Assembly (NCBI GenBank): GCA_030141605.1
Contig: JAQGDQ010000032.1
Coordinates: 993,521 to 1,057,520, forward strand
Source: Tubiluchus corallicola
Taxonomy: Eukaryota; Animalia; Priapulida
DNA: 64,000 nucleotides
Direction: 5' to 3'
Shown: positions 36,871 through 51,000 of the stretch, piece after piece
Numbering within the stretch: position 1 is the first letter of the stretch
Layout: every line of letters begins with the position of its first letter
Translations under genes and position numbers: made by a program
The notes under the pieces: generated by a model
The model's database searches: none
What the model was told of the DNA's origin: nothing
The model's input: only the letters and a program-made list of their open reading frames with translations

Positions 36871-38649
36871 AACTGTTTCTGTGTGGTTTCATTATAGTGA
36901 CTTGAGGGAGAGTGTGTGTAGAAACATATATATATCACTGCTGTGTGTATATCACTGTTCTTTTATTTGTGCTGGTTAACGGCTTAAATTTTAAAGATGC
37001 GATCTGAAATTGAAAGATATTGGGTTCTCCAGTTAATTACTGTTAGGTTAATTGTTGTAAGGTGTGATGTCTCTCTTGCTGTTAGAGAGAAAACTTGCGA
37101 CAAAAAACTTGCTAGTCTGAATGCGCCGCAAGACACCACTCCCAGCCCAGCATCATATCTCTAACAGTCACAGAATATGAGATGCAATATCAGAGATAAT
37201 GAGTTACATTCCAGCCCTGCTTCACCCATTTACATTAAGTAGATACTGCTGTTTTGTTCTTCATCCTGGTTTGCAGAATACTATAAAATATGCTGTTAGT
37301 TAGTTAACACGGATCTGTGCATCATAATCCTGTTTTCTGTTGTCTGCTGTTTGTAAACGGTATTTTTAGTAATCACAAAATGTGAATACCCAGCAGCAGT
37401 TTTCTTTTCTCCAATGCTTTATTAATAATTTATAAGTGATGAAACTGCGCCAGTGACGAAATGATTATATTTCTTAATTTTCTCTAGTCACTGAAAAAAA
37501 TGGACAAAACTCTTTAAAGCCATAGTAACTATTTTTCCCTGCTGTCGTTAAAAGTTTATTAGCTTGTACAGCTTTGTAATATTTTTTGTCTTTCCCGGTG
37601 TTTCATCATTTTAACAAAGATGCCATTTTATATTGAAAGATAAGTCACTGCCGTGATTTCACTCAGTGCACTTTTTGAAAATGCTCGATTTTTAGCAGCA
37701 TATATTATACAGTGTCTGTTTCTATTGTTCTGTGTCATTTATGAGGTGAATGTCATAGTGCACGATATGATGGGTCAAATATTTTGTTACATCTTTACTA
37801 TACTGCATTGCAGCTATGATCTCACTATTCCCACGTGGTACTACATGTTACTTTTAAAAATATGTTGCAAACAACAAAAAATCTCTTCATTTCTTGTCTC
37901 ATTTTAAGCACAAATGTGTGGTTTCATGCGATTGTAAAGCTGAGCATAGTATAAGCGGTAGACTTTCAATGTTACAGATAACCCAAGTTCTCTGCACAGG
38001 AAATTATCCAGATCTCTAAAACAGTGCATACTTCATTCAAATGTTTTTATGGCATTGGAACTAATTTAAATTGCTCATTAAAGCCAGTGACATTACAATT
38101 ACATGTCAAAGTGCCTTCAAACTTGTACGATTATGTAATTCAATAAAAATCATGCTCTATGAAGCAGCCCACTGTTTCATTCACTTGTTGGCAAACATAC
38201 TACATACTTTTATTTTGTGATGAAACATAATTATCTTTAATTTTATGTGAAGTGTTTTGAATGCATGTGTTTTAGCATTTTTCAGGAATCATAAATTAAA
38301 TCAAATCTACCTTGGCATTTTAAAAGTTGAACATTCAACAAGTGAAGTTTAATAATCAATGTACATACAGTATGGCTTCTTTTGTCCTTTTTTTAAATAT
38401 TTTGCCGTCCAGCTTAGTTAATAACTGAATAACTAAATTTATGTACTGATGTACTGTATGCTTAATACATTTTTGTACAAAATGTTTGTTCATTTGTTTC
38501 TAGCTTTAACAGTGTCTTTCAGTGTAACTTAATTAACAACGAATGTTCTGTAGTCTTGCAATGTTACCTAACGGTCTGCATCATTGTCATTTTGAATTTT
38601 GGGAAACTTAAGTAAATTTTGTTTATTACAGTCTGTTCTGCTTAAAGCA

Positions 38650-38788
38650 GCATGATTTCACAAAGCCATCACTAAGCTAACGGCACTGTTATTACATTCA
38701 CCAAACTAATCAACGACGTTGTTATTACATTCACCAAACTATTAACGATGTCGCTCAAATAGTGACGTCTTTGTGAAGCTGGGCCCAG
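38650..38788. mobile_element. Small PIF/Harbinger-like MITE with internal 33-bp duplication
   Basis: Inverted ends ttcacaaagccatcacta / tagtgacgtctttgtgaa(gctgggcccag). Internal gttattacattcaccaaacta occurs twice. Confidence 0.55.
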
Positions 38789-41700
38789 CGTTAAATACAT
38801 TTTTGTCTTTTCTGTATCAGATTGGAGAACAGCTACTCATGTAAACAGCTGCGTAACCTGTATTTCTACCGTAAACTGGGCGATTTCTATATTGCCAGTA
38901 TAGATAACATTAATTTTTGTATTATAGGACTTATGCCAGTGGTTGTGTGAACATAACATTTTGTATTTGTCAAATAGTTAACATACGAGTTGTGTTGTAC
39001 ATTTGTACCATATTTCCAAGTTTTTGGTCAGTATTAAAATACACAAGTGTGTGTAAGAATATAGTAATTCAAATACATCTTTTTTGTGATTTTAATAAGC
39101 TACTTGGGGATATTTAATGGCACATTTACTACCTTGGCAAAATGCAGTTTTTCAGCTAACCCAGTTAATGTGGTTAAACAGTGGTAGGATATGTAATCAT
39201 TGCAAACGTTAACATTCATGTCAACTTACAGGATGTACATAAGTTTTATGGTTTGTTGCACATAATGTGAACATTATCTCCAAAATGGAGTGTTAAGCTG
39301 CCCGCAGTTGCTCTGAACATTTGCATATTTGTTGTAAAGCCCTTAGTAGGGAATAGAACACTAATGTGGCACTTTTGAATCTTAACCTCTGGCTGAAAGC
39401 AGGCAAGGTTTTACATTAAGTCCTTTGTGCATCTCACCATATTGCATTACATGACATAAGTCAATCAAAATTGGCACATGGACACTAGATATGGGAGTAT
39501 TAGGTAGGGGATTATTGTGTCACACTTGAAATTATTATCAATCAGAGGATATGATAATAGGTCATTCTGCATTTGTCCAAATGACTGTATTAAAGTTCTA
39601 CGAGGCTATGCTAGTCAAGTACTATAGCCAGTCTATTGATGGAATTACTATGGTGCACTTTCCTATGACTTCGTGGTTGAAATTGTATATCCATCCAGCC
39701 AAACATTTTGCTTTATATCCCTAAAATCATTAAGGCCAATTGAGCTAGTCACGGTCACTAGTGATTGAAAACGTCAAAATGTCCTATTAGACATAGAAGC
39801 AACCCACACAAATTTGTGCAGATTCTAGAAGCACACTTATTTGGAATAACCCAGACTACATTTTTTCTCCTGTGGTTAAGAGACAAATTTGACAATTTTC
39901 ACAGTTTATAAATGGTCAAAGTAATGACAGAGCAATCTAAATGAAATTATATCAATTATAATTACATTGAATTTAAATTAGTTTTAAAGACATATATTAT
40001 CCAATAGATTATTTATGACATTCAAATAAAAATGCTTTACAGACAAGTTATTTATTACACTATATAATATAGTACATTATTTAAAACCACCATTACAAAG
40101 AGATAGGCCTGTACATGGCAGCCATGAATATAATGGTAAATCAGACAATACAAAATGGCAAGAACAAAAACAATAAAACAACTTAACAAAGGGTAAAAAA
40201 AGATATCTTATACACACACAGCAATGTAAAAAACTGTAAATCGTGCGTAGTTTTTGAGAATGCAGCTTATAATCATTACGAAGCCCATAACCTTTACCTT
40301 TACGTAATTTCAATCAATGCAGACAGTGTAAAAAATGAGCATAACCTAGTGGATAATATTATACCAATAACCACACAGTTGATTTGATATAAATAATTAG
40401 TAACCAAAAAACATACTTTATTGAAAAGGAAAGCAGGTAACTTTAAAACCTGCTCTCCTTCGGCACCATAACAGAAATTATCAGAAAAAAGGAAGACAAT
40501 GGTAAGTTCTTTTGGTAACCACTAGGAAGACTAAAGTAAATGCATATGACGAGACAGAAAAAAATAAGCAACAAAAGTACAACTTCGTAATTTTTTTCAT
40601 TGGAATAAAGAAATGCTAAACATGCAGGAAAATATATATAAAATAGTCTACAAAGCACAAAATATGATTTAAAGTACAATAAAAATATAAAAAAAATATC
40701 GATTTGTACAACTAAGTCTCTCTTGCCAGCCATCCCTCAACCTACCAGCACCTATTCCAAGGGCACATCTACATTTGTGGATGAAATTGCATTCCACCAC
40801 CATTTTTAACAGTTTATACATCAAACACAAGGTCTTCCTCTAACATCTCATTGGCGCTTTGTTTTTTCTAATGGGCACTACAAGACCCAAGAAACAAACC
40901 CCCATATTTTTGAGGCACTAATATTTTGAAAAATTCACACTCCATAGTTCAAGAATACAAGAATACTTATAGGTCCAGCCACTAATAGTTGTACACTTTT
41001 CGACAGACAGCATTAAAGCGTGTTTAGATTTTATGGAGGTCAATGACTTTTCACAATTGGCACATGACACGTTACTAAACTCGCTGACCGATTTTTTTTA
41101 AAAAAACAAACGTGTAAAAAATGCTTGTGTGGTATTTCACTAAAAAGATAATCTATATTTCATTTGAAACAACACAAATATTCGTTATAACATGCATAAT
41201 ATGGTCTTCTTTAAGAAACACAGAGACAAATTGTGATTTTTTTAGTTCAAAGTTTCACTTTGGCGACTTTTCTCTAGGAAACTATAGCTCAATGCGATAT
41301 ATAGCCATTATCATTATATCATTCACTGTTTTCTGTTGGACAACTGTCAATAGGTCCAATATCTAGTTTTCTTTAATGGAACTTAGTAATAACTATTCAA
41401 AGCAAACTAATAATAACTTCATGAAGACACTTGGTGTTTCTGCACCCTAGCCTTGGTAGGTGAGGGTTAATCATAAAAACTGACAACAAATGAAGCAATA
41501 AAACAATAGCTGATGCAATTCAATAAAATTCAATCATCTAACATATGGATAACTGTACATACATATTACATAATTAAATAAATAACAGCATATTGTACAA
41601 TACGTTAAAAACAACATTAGGCCGAGCGAGATTCCATAATCAAGTATTAAACATATGCATTCGATAAGTTCAAAAATGTGCAAGAAAAAATGCTATAAAA

Positions 41701-42090
41701 TTTTTGAAAAATCCTGAATATCATCCCAATGCCAAATGATCTTCCAATATTTCACCCAACCTTGTCTAAGAAAAAGTTATCAAACTGACTCCCTGAGCTA
41801 AAGCTAAAAAGTAAAACAATTACAAATCACTATGCACAAAATGGCAGAATTTACTGTTCAAAGACGACTATAAAAACATTTTGTAGAGACAGAAACCTCT
41901 AAAAACACTGCCGGGTTTACTATAAATGCAGAAAAATATCAGCTTACATAATTCTTAGTAATCAAGAATAACCCTGGGACCTTTCCTGTCAAGGATTAGG
42001 CACAAGCTTAAATACAGAGTAAGGGCACAATTTTCACTGTTCATAAATTAACATGTTATAATGCAGCAGAAACAAGTCTAACACTTGCTG

Positions 42091-45000
42091 CTATGACTGG
42101 ATGACTGACGATGGAAATGAGCATTTCAATGATGAAGTTCTGCTTTCCAAGAGTTGCAGTGCAATTCGTTTTTCTTCTGAACCATTATTATCACTCTCCT
42201 TCAACTGAAACACAACAAAAAATTAGCTACAGTAAGATGCAGATGGAAAACTAAATGATCAAAATACGTGCACAAATAAAGTGTGTCATACTGAAAATTT
42301 AATAGACTTCTGACTTTTATTACGAGACACAAGAACACAAAAGGTTGTATGTGTGTAGAAGTCAAAAATTATACATTCCTAATGAAATACCTCCTATAGT
42401 TATTGCAGCTACCTATAGTTTTTGCCGCAGTATCACGAATTGCAATAGAGGCATTTCTTACTAGGCCTGCATGTGCACAAATTAACTTCCACCATCCATA
42501 CAATGCTTTGACAACTGGCAATGGCTCTGATTTTGGCCAATAGTTTCAATTTTCAGGTACATATTCACCAGTTTAGTACAATAACTTAAAATTTGAATGG
42601 GACACTCTGAAAAGAACTACCTGTTTGACCCTACTGTAGACATTTCGTTTTGAAAATCAGTGTTCTGGAAATTAGTTTGAATTTTGTTCTCCAAAACTAA
42701 TAATTTTATTAAAGCAAAGATGCATCAGAATTGCTAATTCTCTGATTATAATGCCAACTGGCTATTCTATTTGCGGGCAAACAATATTCTCTGTGCTGCA
42801 CTCTATTGGCTTCTTTACAAGCAATTTCAATTCCAAAAAAGATTAGCCAGGAAAGAAAGTCACATTCATTTTGTAGCTTCTGTCTCTAAAGGAATAAGAA
42901 ATCATTCTGACTTGTATTAACACTGACAATTAACTACAACAGTTGTTGGTCAAGCCAAAAGAAACTATTTCTATTAATTTTACCATATCAGCTATAGAAC
43001 GTATAATATCCACACTATGGGGAAATCCAGGATCGAGTGACGACTGGTCATTCTGAGTTTTGTGGCTATTAAAATTACTGGCAGTGCAGCGTTGACGATC
43101 ATCTAAAGAAAATGAACAACTGATGAGTGGTGATGCAAATCCAAAAAGTAAAAGTAAACAGACAGTTAATCACAACAAAGTTTGTTGATAAAAATAACAT
43201 TTCAGAAAACCACTGCTCTCTTCTTCAGCTTTCTGGAAACAACTGCTCCCTTCATCAAGTTATAACCATGTGGTTTCTCCAAATAATGTCTTTATTAAAA
43301 AACATTGTTATGAATAGGTATCTCTTCACTTTTAAGCCAACGTTAAAGTTGCTTTTGATATTTCACTCACTGTGCTACTTTTTCACTAAATGTCAAATTA
43401 TTCCAAATAAATGCTAAACATCAAGCAATTTCTTACAGTCGTTCAAAACAAATCTAGGAACATTTTCCTACAAATACAAATTCAGTAGCAGTGTAAGAAA
43501 TTTATGCAACTGCCTTGGTTATTAAAAAAATTGCTTAAGGAATTAACACTAATTATTAAAAATGCATTTCTTGCGTAACAAAGGTATTGTATGAGCTTAC
43601 ATAAAAAAATTAACCTAAACTCACCGATCCAATTGATGAGATTTTTACCAGTACATGTTTTTGAGGTTGTCTGTCCATTTGAAGACGTTGGACTGGTAGA
43701 AGATGAGTGCCTAGTTCTCTGCAACTGCTCCTCAAATGCTGCTTTGTAGACATCAGCCAGCAAGCAAGCATCATTATGCTTGCGTTTCCACTGTTCAAGC
43801 TATAAAACAGCAATCCTGATTATATCTGCACTGATTTGTATGGCTCCTTAAAGGTGCAGAGCCAATTGCATCTATAGAACAATCATTTTTTGTTTACACA
43901 TTTCTCATATTTTACATTGTGCAAAGCCAATCAATTGATCAAGAAAAAATGGATATGAATCAAGTAAAAACAACATATCACAAACTTTAAAAGAAGGGGT
44001 ACTTTTTAGCTAGCAAAATGATCAGTACTAAGAGCAAATAGTTTTACCATCATTTTCTGTAAAAAATAATGAAAAACAAAAATGTAACTGAAGAATATGA
44101 CAATGATATTATTTTCTGCAATTCCCCACTGTACAAGTGTCTAAGCGAGGCAAATGCTGTCATACCGGAGACATTTAAACATAAATTTACACATTACTTA
44201 TCATTTTACAATGTGCAAAGGAAACAGCTTGACAGGATGATATTAATTAGTAGTGGACGACTGCAAAAAATCTGCATCTAGACCACTTTAATTGCCATAC
44301 AGCCCATTTCTCTCCATTGGAGGATGTTATTAATATATCGGTGGCTAAGATTATACACTGCTGGCAGTTCAGGGTTTGATGAGAAATGATTGTCTATGAC
44401 ATCTGATGTGAGATGATTGTTTACGACATCTGATGTTAGATGACTGTTTACGACATATGATGTTAGATGACTGTTATGACATTTGAAGTGAGATGACTGT
44501 TATGACATCTGATGTGAGATGACTGTTATGACATCTGATGTGAGATGATTGTTATGAAACCGACCTAGACTCCTGTTCCTGCCATATTATCTACATCAAA
44601 CATACAGAGCCTTTATAATGCTGAAATGTATAGCAAAATACAACATCTGACTAAGAAAATAATGGAACTGAAAACAACCCACGGTATCCTCTTTTCCTAT
44701 TGCAAGCACCCTCTTTCCACAATAAGATTCTGGATTGCAAATTCCTTGTGCATAGAGCAATTAAGTCACATGTTTCATTTCACAAGAATGGTAATGTGGC
44801 TGCAGCCAACTTATTCTCTTTATAATTCTATTGACTTGCTTTGACAATGGCAAAACCATGGATGAAATTATAACAATAAATAAAAAGAGTTGAACAAAGA
44901 AATATGTAACACACGTTCTTTACAATCTACACCTTCCAATGAAGATGTTAGTAAAACTATACCTCTTGTTTCAAAGCTTGAATTTCTGTCTGTTCTGCAG

Positions 45001-48000
45001 CACACTTTCTAGCACACATACAAGGAACGTCATGACCACAATGACAAGCATCCAACATTGCCAACTACATGATTAGATTTTATAAAATTAGAAAATACCA
45101 TCAGAAAATGTCACTACATTCACTACAAGTATAAATATGGACGTATGGTAACCCTATCTGTATAACTATTTCTTCTCCAGAAAACAGCTACTTACTTCAT
45201 ATTGAAAAATGCATTGAATTTACGACCAAATAAAACTAAGAAAATTTTTTACATCACATATTATGCCTAAAAAGTGGTTTGTCAATGCATGCGTTAACTA
45301 ATGAAATTATGATTAGTCCGAGTTCTTTTATTTTTTCTCTCTATCAAAAATATCCATCTGTTGTAAATGACTCATTTTCACATAATTATATTTATTATAA
45401 AACTTGCACACCTTCAATGACAACATTTATAATATAATAAGCAGCTCTACTTACCTCAGCCAATGTGGTATTGCCATTGTGACTTACAGAACTGTACGAA
45501 TTGTCTTTGAAAACCAGCTCATCCTTAGTGCTTACAACAGTTAAAAGTTCGTCTCTTTCAGATTTCAGCACTGTGTGAGTAAACAATTCATCAAGAAATG
45601 TAACATGCGAATAATGTAACAAGCTAATACAATATTTCAAAATGTATGGACGAAACAAAATACACTTTACTTATGACAGTGCAGCTAAAACAAAAAAAGC
45701 ATTTGACAGACTCAAGTGTTTGACACAGATGAAACTATAAAGTCACTCATTACTGATTAGCATTACTTAATTTCTCTGAAAAATTTTACTTTTCAATGGA
45801 AGGACTATTGCAGTGACAACACCTATTTGAGTATAACTATGCAAGTCTGTTTGTTGTTAGGTCGAGATGACAACGCTAAAACAGGTAAAGCAGATAAGTG
45901 ACAGCGCACTACTTGTGAAACAGTTTAGTACTTTTGCTTGTTTATCACATTATTTTAAACATGTTTAGTCATACCAGCTAACTCAGCTCTTAGCTTGTCC
46001 ACCTCGACTCCGCGTGCTTTCACAGTAGCCATAAGTGCTGCATTCTCACAACAGATTCTGTCAAATTTCTCCTCCCATGAACGATCAGTATCCAGCAGCA
46101 CATTTTGCCTGTAGTTCAATTCAAACTGTAGTTGTTCCAACTCCTATAAAAGTATTGTTAAGCACGTCAGAAAAATATAGCAGGACATGGTTTAACTGAT
46201 GAAAAAATACTTTCAATGTTCAAGAAAACAATAGATCTTCATGAACTTTAATAATATTGTTATCAGTTTATAAATGTAAATATTAAATAATAATACCTAC
46301 ATGTTCATTTAAAAATGATGACAAAAATCTAAATTATTATTAGCCAGTTTGTACATTCTGCAATGTGTAAAACAAGACTGAGCACTCAGGTCATTGTGAC
46401 AGTAGCCACACTACTGAAATGAATCTCATTATCACAGATATTCAAGACACCGGCCCAACAAAGTTGTATTACCTAGATGCACACAACTCTTCCCTTAAAC
46501 GACAGAAATAACATGGCAGATGAAATTGCCCTGACATACATTTACCAATTAACATGATCCAATGTTACTTAATTTTATAGCTATGCACACATCATTGAAC
46601 ACTAACATCACTAATAATTGTTAAGCGACATGAAATTGTTGTTAAAATATTTTTTGCTCTGGAGAGTACATTCCCCATAATAGCAATGCTGAGTGTTAAT
46701 GTATTCTAATAATTTTAAGGCAACTTAAAAACACAATTTTGGCACAGAACATGTAATTAGCACAACTACCATGCTATCTAACTTATTTACCCAAACTACC
46801 AATAAACTGTAGACTAATCTAAAATCTAATAGCGTCCTGTTTTGCTGATTGCAAAAATAACATTCCTGATACCTGTGTTTTAATTTGAGTGCAAATAGCA
46901 AATGCTTCTGCTGATTTTTGCCTGAAATTAAATCACTGAGTATTTATCAGAATAAGTGTAAGCTGGTAGCAGTTTAGTAAAATTGTGATTTTTGAGATTA
47001 AAAGTAAAAAATGGCAGTTTCATTCTACCTTGACTAAGCAATCAACATATTCCATGCCTTCAGAAGACTTACTGATATCAGCAGCAAGTGCCTAAAGAGA
47101 AAACCACAACATCATGCATAATATGCAAATAATAATAATAATCGGAATTATGGGGTACACGAACGTAAAATTTGCAAATAACATAAATGTATAAAAATAT
47201 CCACAAGTAAGAAAATAGCAAACAAAATTGATATTTGCTTTCAATCGTATGCAAAATACAAACAAAAAACTAAACTTGCTATGTAACAAAGTGTCAAAGA
47301 CCACAATCAATGATGGAAAAATGAGAACTTAAATATGGGTAGCAATAACAATAAAAAATTTGTTGATGTTGGTTGTTGATGTAACAAAAAAAAAATAGAA
47401 TAGAAAAAGATTGGCAAATTATGACGTAAAATATTCTGTTGCTATAGGCAATGTAATGCTGTGATGTTCCCAATTCAACATAACATTGCTGTAGTAGCAT
47501 TACATTTTGTTATCTAAGCAACAAAACAATTTTGGTCATACTTTAACAATACGCATTGTTTTATTTTATTTTGCTACTTAATGTGCTGAAAATTTTAAAT
47601 CTGTCATTTAAATTTCATTTTTTTGCTTATTTGTCATGTAGAATAGACTGAAGTACAACCAGTAAATGTGTTTTAGTGTTAGTTTGCGATGCCTTGATAA
47701 TAATATATTGACAAGTAATGAGATTAAGATCATTTAATAGCAACCTATCATAACAAATTGATAATTGCTAACAAACCTGTGTCTGCAGAATTTTTATTGC
47801 TCGAAGCTTTCCCTCCAGTTGACTTTGACAAATCTCCATGTTATTGTACAATAATTCAGCATCCTGTGAAGCAGATTAACAATTGTTCATGCAGACAATA
47901 ATTAAATGTACGTAATTGGCCAGCTATTTATGGAACTTACATAAACCTAATCTGGAGACTACTGGTTAACAAAAGACCAAAATTATAGAACATTTTGACA

Positions 48001-51000
48001 CCAAACTTGCCAAACGAAGTTAAGTGTAAAGAATTCGATCTTTGCATTCCTGGTTCAAATCTAAGCTTACTTTTCAAATTTCTTCCTTTTATTAAGTCAA
48101 ATTCAATAACTGAATTATCATGGATCAATTACATCACTAAGTGATTAGTTCATTTCTTAAATCCAAAATCTTTTCCTTTTCTCACATAAACATTGCATAA
48201 CGGTGCCACACAGCATACGGCCAAAACGCAAGAAAATCTAAAATAATGGGGAAATTAAGAAAGGGGCAAGTAAGCAAATCATTTTACTTTACTTTAAATT
48301 CAGTGATGTACAACATCATCATCTTAACGCTAACTAACTGAGATCTATTTGTTAAAAACATAATTATCCAGCTTCTGTCGATTTTACAGGCATATCAGCA
48401 GCCATTTCTACAATTAAAAAAACTCTATAGCCAGAACACCAAGCAACTTTACACATTTTCAGCCAACTTTAATGACATTTTATTGTTTAGAGTTTTGAAA
48501 GTCAAGATAACAAGAACAGCATTGGTATGATAAATAAATCAAAATATAACAAATTTTATAACACTTTTGTTAAAGGAAGACAGGATGATTTTTCATATAT
48601 AATCCCATTTTCAAGTCCGATAAAAAGTATGCATTTTAACACGATTAACATTGCAAAAGCATTTCTGATAATTAAATAACAGATTAAAAACTTAATTAAT
48701 GACGGGCGAGCCACACTATTGATGACATCACAAACTAACATAATTTTCAACAGCAAAAATATTCTACGAGCGTGTTGCACGTGTTTGCGAAAGCGAAAAT
48801 TGAAGTACAGTGCTACTATAAGATATTCAGTGTGTTGTACTAAAACTAGGCACGTTTTAAGATAAAAATTCAAATTTCAAATTTACCGCTGTGCTCGCGC
48901 ATGAGCTGTCAAAAGTGCGTAGTTTGTCAGAAACTAATACAGCTGAACTGAGAGGTACAGTACCTGTTTTTGTATAATGTGTTTCCAAAATGCAGGCGCT
49001 AGTGCCCGTCTAACTAGTTAATGGCGAAATGCATGTGACAGCGAAGAATTAGTGGCGCAAATGCGAAAATGTATTTGTGTGGTAATAATTCTTTCACGTA
49101 AGCCATTTTTGAAAAAATAGTGTGTTCCCTTTCATATTTTAAAAAGAAGATTGTTTTGACCTACAGTTTAAGATTGGGCCCAGTTTTGCTTTAAGAAAAT
49201 CAACATTTCAACTGAACATTACAGTCGCCTTCAGGTAAAATGACTGTGTTAATTAATCAAAAATGTTAAGTTATGTGAAAATAATATTGCGAATAGTAAT
49301 CAAAGTTTTGGCAAACATGACACTGCTTGGCAACAAATATTTCGAACCTAGTCATCACAAAGTAACAGGACAAATACTAACATGGCAATCTTGTGTTTTT
49401 TATCACAATGAACCTTTTATAAACAGCTCTAACAACCATAACGGTTAAAAACACTAGCACCATTACAGTGATTTTTGAAGTTTTTATTTAAAACTTCCTA
49501 AACAAGAACACACAAGAATAACGTTAAAACTAAAAACTTTTAAAGCGCTTTTATGATTGCAACAATTGAGCAAGATGTGACAGCTAATGTTATTCAGCAT
49601 TAAAAATCATTTAAAACAATTTCTGTAAGACCAATTATTTTTTCAAAAAACAACAAAAATATGTACAAACTTACTAGAGTTTCTTAAACAGCAATTTGAT
49701 TTACAATAAAAAAAACTAACTTACTTTGAACAATAAAAACTTCATTACAGTCTGCAACTATACAAAACACATAACTGACAGGCTCCACCTACCATGAAAA
49801 ATATAAAGCATGCTACACACCTGCTGTGCTTTTTTCAGAGTATCTGAGATCACATTTTTGTCACCAACTGATTCAGAAGTGCTGGATATCACAGCTTTAT
49901 TAGCAGATGAAGATTTTTTATGACTCTGTTCTATAAATGAACCATCACCTGAATCAAATTATAGAAATGAATTCGTTTTAAAGTCACTATAGAATCTTTG
50001 TTTTTAGTTTTCAACATAATTAAAATACAAGCACAAGCCAAGAGCACACAATCAAATTTACAAGTAATTCTTTACTAAAAGACAACCAAAACAAAATGTA
50101 CACAATGTTAGTTATCGCAAATACAATCAATTAGTTGAAATTTTAACAGATTAAATGAAACAAAACTTCTTGTTGTTTTTTGGATGATCGACAGTAATAA
50201 AACCCAGACAGCTTTCAAGATTAAAACTACCAGGTGATTCTTTTCTCTGGTAGCACTGCCCATGTGCCAAATTTGGTTGGCTTTGCCTTAGTGGCCTTAG
50301 AGTTTATACTATGCAAGACATCTGTTACATAATATAAGACACTACTGACCAACAATGTGAACTACATCCAGAATTCAGAAATAAGACAATAAAACTACAT
50401 ACCTTCACCTCCCCCACTGCTGTGTCTCCGCATCAACAAAGGAGCACATTTGCAAGTACAAATTCTCCCTGATTTTGAAGGAAAGATTTCTTGCAGTTCT
50501 TTCTGGAAAACCCTCCTCTGAGTACGTATTGATGTCCCCAAAGCAATATTCCCCGCTTGACATACATAATCGATATCATTTGTTGGAGGTTCTTCATTCT
50601 AAAAATGAAAGGTTAAAATAGTAAGTCATAAACAAAACATTTTCTGAAATGTCAATTCATAACTATGTGATACTGATAAGTTGCAGAATTTGTATCAGTG
50701 GGTGTAACATATTTGGAATAATTTTTAGAAAATTATGACAAACTTAGCTAGAAACATTTGCCAAACAAAACAAAAAGCAGTAGGAAACACAGCCATAACT
50801 AAAATTAGTTAAAATACAGGCATACAGAGAAAACACCCACGCTCTTATAGGGAGTAAACAACTACCTTAATTTCGCTGTCACGCAGTTGGGACTTGGAAT
50901 TTTACAAAAACTAATGCAACACATAAAGCAAATTTGCCACAGCCGGGTGGCTACACTAAACCATTACAATTTGATCAGTTAGAATCCGCAAAGCATAATC

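Noticed and set aside
44384-44557. Repeat array superficially like CRISPR
   Set aside because: Units are contiguous with no unique spacers, it lies in a eukaryotic intron, and there are no cas genes. It is a minisatellite.
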